DNA of 64,000 bases. It comes from Auanema rhodensis (Eukaryota > Animalia > Nematoda). The stretch spans positions 16,740,001 through 16,804,000 of the forward strand of contig OZ059896.1 of NCBI GenBank assembly GCA_964057225.1. The letters run 5' to 3'. A model generated the notes under the pieces. It was not told where the DNA came from and did not search any database. It saw nothing but the letters and a program-made list of their open reading frames with translations. Made by a program: the position numbers and the translations under genes. Below are positions 56,824 through 64,000 of the stretch, piece by piece; within the stretch, counting starts at the first letter, position 1; every line of letters begins with the position of its first letter.

Positions 56824-58062
56824 ATATATATAATTATTTTGTAAAATTATAGTTTCAATTATAAGATGAATATATACATGTATCTTAAAGAATCTTTATT
56901 CTATAAACTCTTATATTGTATTAATAATTCTTAAATATACATATAGTATATATGAAAATACATATGTATTAAGTATATTATACATAGGGAATTGCAAAGA
57001 AACACTTCCTTCAACTCGGTACAAATTTTTACGAACATCATTTCTTTCATAAACGGTAAATGTTTTTTTTTATACATAAAAATATTTTACAGATAAAAAT
57101 ACACATATGCTCACCTAAACTTGAATAAACTTGTTGGATTATTCTAATAATTATTCTTTCAATATAAAATATTTCATTTAAGAAAAAGGCCTTCAATAAT
57201 TACTTTATAACATCACTGTACATAACTAAAAGTTTAGAAATTGCAAGAAAACTACAAAACGAAAAAATTAAATCAATGTTTCATCTTAATAACGGAAATA
57301 TTAAGAAAAAAAACAATAACTCACAATTTCAGAAAATTAAATTAAAACTTTATCTTCTCCTCTTTCTTTTTCTGTTAAATTTCTTTTTTTCAGAGATCGC
57401 AGCAAAACAATTGTCATAAACTCAGTTAAAAGCATTAGGAAACAATACCAAAAGTATTAAAACACTCGGATTGGACTATCCTACTTATCCTGATAATGTT
57501 GGATAAAGTTTTCATCTCATAATATTTAAATATACATAACATATATCTCTGTACGTGCATTTAACAATATATAGTATATATTTTATTATTTGTTACTTGT
57601 TATTATATAATTTATTCATTATCTAACAGATCTATGTATATATATATCGCACAGGAATGTATATGTTATGTACATATATCAAAATTTAGAAGAACATTTG
57701 AGATATTAACTCTATTTGTTAACAGTTATATGTAGTTCTTCTATCTATTTCTAATCAGTTTATATAAAATAATTAATCTTTAATTTACTTCTTCAATACG
57801 TGGGTTTTTGACATCAAACGATATGAATAAAAGCTGAAATAAAGTGTTAGAAATGAAATAATTTAGTAAGAATAGATGATCGAAATACGTACTACATACA
57901 CAATACTGGGTAATCTTGTTACAAATACATGTCCCATAGTTCTAACAGTACTCCCCTGATGATATACTAATTTATAAAGTAATGCATATATATAGATAGA
58001 TATATATAAAGAACATTTCATATTCTATACTATTTATCTTCAGTTATATTCCTCCTAGTAGG

Positions 58063-59825
<1,763 letters not shown>

Positions 59826-61561
59826 AAATGAAGATGACAGCGAACTTTTCCATCGACATCTGTATTGAAAAGGATTTCTTCAAAACCTCTTATAGCCAAC
59901 TTCAAACAATTCCTAACATTATCATGACTAAATAATATATACATATACTGCTTGTTGAATGTTATTTTTTATTATTTTATATTTTTTCATTGTTATAATA
60001 TAATAAGTAAACGTATGTTTTTTTATTTAAAATATTGTTATAAGTTATAATAATAATATAAAATAAAACTGTTTATATATAGTTAAAAAAAATTGTATTT
60101 GAAGTTTGAATATTGTTTGATCATTTGAAGTTTTTACCCTATTGACAATTACTATACAAAACTAACTTGAATACAAATAACGTGTATATGCAAATCAAGT
60201 AAATTATTAGATTTAGCTATATAATTTTTAAAAAGCATAAAACTATATATTGAAAATATGTATATTCACAAAGAATAAATATAAAAAGAACAAAACATGT
60301 ATTTTCATAATCACATTCATGCAATTGATTCAACTCAGTTCAGTTCAATTTGTCTTATTGAAACCAACAATACCAAAAACAAACACGAATAGTGTAGAAT
60401 AGTTCATTGAGTACCTCCTACCTATCTAATATTCAATATTATTCAGATATTTATAAAAATTATAATTTATCATAACCATATATTGGATTATTACTTTATC
60501 CTTAACTACAAAGAAAAATAAATTATAGTAGATTTAAGTTAGTAAACAAATGTTTCTGTCTATTAAAATCTTTAGTTACATTCAGAAGTTTTGAATTAAT
60601 AATAAACCATTGGAAATTTTATAGAAAAATTAAATACTGCACTGACAATGTTGATTATTCTTTGCAAAAGTGTTAGTAAAATTATTTTTGTTTTCTGTAT
60701 TTCTAATGAATTTAAAAAAGTTATTCTAAGTGGTCCCTTATGTTTTGGCAAGTGTTCCGTGATCGAAGATCTTCTTAGAGATCAATGAGGACAAACTAAT
60801 CTTCTCTCAGTTGTTTGAAACGTTGAAACTGAGATAAGATGAAGACTCTTTCTATATCTTTTTCTTTTGTATATTTCATTTATTTTAAAAAACTGTATGA
60901 ATATCCCCAATGTTATTATCAGTTCTAGATCTACTCAAGACATTTGAAATATTTGACTTCATACACATACCAACATTAAATATGACTTACTTCCCATTTT
61001 CTTCTTATAATTTTTATTTTCTTTTTGCCTAGAAAGCTTATTTGATTGATAGAAAACTAATTATCGCTTGTTTAGGAGCTGACTCTCCCCACCCCTCTTC
61101 ATAAATAACTAAAGTCTCATGCAAAACTGAGCATATATTATTGTAGCTTAATTTAGATCCTAAAGAGTTTTCGGGTTATCATTTATCAAAAATATTTTGA
61201 AATTTTAATTCTAAAAGGCGAGTTAAATTTTGCTTCCCATAAATCAAGTAATCTCAGTCTGCTACATAATGAGATCCTTGAAACAACAGCAGGTTTCAAT
61301 GGTTAATTTTTGTATTTCCTTTGTTACTATGTCGTAAAAATAAATTATTTTTGTTCTTACATCAAATAAAATTAATTCTTGATCTGTTTTCAATATTTTA
61401 TATTTATTTTCAGCTATTTCGAAGATAAAATTGCTTTTGTGCATTGAGAAGTAAATTTTTCTTCTTAAACTCGTCAGTTTGTATCTACTTAGAATTACAG
61501 TAAGTTTAAACAACATTTAATTAACATATAATCCGAATATAATACTATAGATACTACATAT

Positions 61562-62828
61562 ATGAACCCAACGGCGGAAGAAATGTTGGAAATCGCTACT
61601 GCTCCAACAGTCTTATTCTATATTCTTCTTGTTATTACCATTTTTGCTATAATTATAAATGGTTTTCTATTTATTATTTTAATCAAATGCAAGACAACTG
61701 CCTTAGATTCATACAAAGCTTTTCTTATAATTTATACATTATTTGATATAGTTTTTATGATTTTTATCACAATAGCAACACCGGTATGAAATCTGAATTA
61801 CAGTAGATTATAATTACTTATATGAATCTTTTTAAAGATTTATTTATGCGGGCCTTCTGGTATATACATAGTAATCCAAGGGCCAATCCGAAATTATTAT
61901 AAGCTTTCTGAAATCTTTCTAAACTTTTTTTGTTTAATATTTGGATGTATAACTGTACTTTTGGGCAATTGCTTTTTCTATAGATATACAATATTATGCA
62001 GGTAAACTATTAAATCGTATTGCAACATCGCATAAACTTAACAACTTGTTTAGACCTAAGCTGCATGTAAAGCTTTGCAAACCAAGTGGCATAGCATGTT
62101 CGTTGTTGATCAATGGCATGCTTGTACTGTATTGGATCGCGAGTGTATATCTTACAATGGGCCCTCATCCAGATGCATTCGTAGAAGCCGAGTCTTTAGC
62201 TTTATCACTTCTGAAGCATTCTATTCAAAATGAATATTATTTAACCCTTTCTCTTGTGGTAATTAAAACTTTATGCATATTATTAACTATATAACTAATA
62301 TAATTAGGTTTTAAAAGGTGATATATTCAAGATTGCTTTATTTTCTGTATGCTTCATAATTTTTGGAATAGTGACATTTGTAATGTTTGCTTCTACGATA
62401 GCAATTATGCGTACAATTACACAAAGTGCTCACTCATCAACCAAAATAGCTCATTGGAAAATATTAAAGTTACTTTTAATTCAGGTAATATCATTAACTG
62501 TTACTAAATATATAATTTATTTGTATTTCAGGCTACATTACCAGTTATATTTCTATTCTCTCCGAATATAATAGTTGTTGTATGTATTATATTAAAAATT
62601 AATATAAGTGTCTGGGTAGCAGTGGGTATAGTCCTTTTTCTCAGTTTATTTTCCATTTTTAATCCATTTGTTGTTTTAATATTTGTAAAAGAATACCGAA
62701 AATATGGGAAAAATATGATTTTGGTTATATTCCGTAAGAAATCATATAGAGAAGCATTTTTAAATAATAGTCGAGTATCTGCTATTCATTCAACTATTAA
62801 TTCTATACCTCCTGTAAGTAAATTGTAG
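61562..62828 (+). CDS. 7TM chemoreceptor GPCR 5 (Str superfamily, more divergent, no micro-exon)
   Basis: Starts MNPTAEEMLE...INGFLFIILIKCKTTALDSYKAFLIIYTLFD. Other motifs are FFYRYTILCRP, HWKILKLLLIQ and FSIFNPFVVLIFVKEYR. Its four introns sit at paralogous positions. Confidence 0.87.
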
Positions 62829-63251
62829 AATATTTTCATTAAAGTAATATAGTAGCGAATTATTAAATTTTAAATAAAAATTTTATTTAATTATAATACA
62901 AAACAGTCATAGAACATATCAGATGATCATCAGCCCGAACTGCTATACTCAGAGTCTCATACCATAGCGTTAAGCAATTACTTATAACATATAATATACA
63001 TAACGTTTTATTTTTCAATATAATTTATATTTTGATACAATAGTATCTACTGTAAACATTACTTCAAAATGTTTGAATTTAACAATATAAGTTAAGAAAT
63101 ACTAAAAAAAGTCTTTTAGACTATAGCAAATGAAAAACAAGTAATGAGACATAATGTGAATTAAATAATTGAATTTTTGTCTTATTTCTTCATATAAATC
63201 GTATGATTACCAAATATAGCTACAGATCATATAAAGAGAGAGAGAAAGTGT

Positions 63252-64000
63252 TTAATTAGCTCGGCATGTACCATTAACAGCTATTTGGCCAGATGGGCAT
63301 GATCGGGCTAAAATATTAATGAAATCAAAAATAGTTTTATAATATATTGTTTATTATTATTTTTTATAAATAATAATAGTTAAGATTGTATTAAAATAGA
63401 TGTTTAATAAGAAAAATAGAGCTTACCACACATAGATTCAGAATTTCCATCTACTTCTTTATATACCCGAACCATATATGAAGGGCATTGAACTAAAAAA
63501 TAGAATAAAAACAATAAATTAATGTTAACTATGAGCTGAACATACTTTCATGAGCGTTTTCACTATTGCCATCAGCTGGATATTGAATTGCTTCAACTGA
63601 GCAACATTGATACAGCTTTAAATATATAATTTATAATACGCATATCTCATTTGTTATACAAAACATACCTTGTTACTTTTATGTTGTAAGCATAAATAAC
63701 CACTGGGACATCCTTTTGTTGTTGGTTCACAAAGAACAGGCTCTTGTGTATTAGGATATAAGAGAGCAGAACCACGAGGACAACCGGCTCCTAGAACATG
63801 ATCATTATACAACGAAGAATTGAAATTAAATGTCTTAGGGCAATAAGCACAGTTAGAAGTTCAGACAAGTTGATCATAATTACCTGTCTGATGGAATCCA
63901 GCCCCCTTCTTCGAATATTTTCTAGTACAGCAGTAATATTCCTTCAATACTTCAGAAAGTTTGCATTGATATCCGTAGGGACATGATCCAGTTGAGCATG
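63252..64000 (-). CDS. 3' end of a cysteine-rich repeat (lustrin/WR1/DC-module-like) extracellular protein; gene continues beyond the window
   Basis: Five exons join in phase: CSTGSCPYGYQCKLSEVLKEYYCCTRK...|GAGCPRGSALLYPNTQEPVLCEPTTKGCPSGYLCLQHKSNK|LYQCCS...|QCPSYMVRVYKEVDGNSESMC|ARSCPSGQIAVNGTCRAN*. The CP-x-GY-x-C...CC spacing matches the nematode cysteine-rich repeat. Confidence 0.8.

Overview
AT-rich, intron-dense eukaryotic DNA, almost certainly from a rhabditid-type nematode (about 45-60 nt GT-AG introns, TTTCAG acceptors, Str-type chemoreceptors). The species cannot be fixed from the sequence. Most ORF-track entries are spurious, so genes were rebuilt by hand from splice sites. The window has three domains. 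(1) 1-30.5 kb holds one DM-domain (doublesex/mab-3 family) transcription factor on the minus strand, with multi-kb introns and an ~18 kb gene-free upstream region rich in strand-biased (GA)n tracts. (2) 31-45.3 kb holds compact genes: a divergent, short-tailed class II-like myosin (+), a TWK two-pore K+ channel (-) and a TauE/SafE-family transporter (-). (3) 45.5-64 kb is very AT-rich and holds five tandem 7TM chemoreceptor genes (+) and the 3' end of a cysteine-rich repeat protein (-). The most notable observations are a conserved 8-nt coding first micro-exon in four receptors, an apparently exonised intron in receptor 4, loss of the TM3 Arg in receptor 2, frequent AAG splice acceptors with degenerate donors, a Ser/Arg hinge in the myosin tail, and several palindromes or hairpins of unknown function. 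No tRNA, rRNA, CRISPR array or autonomous transposon was found. I cannot demonstrate a new biological system from sequence alone; these findings are candidates.
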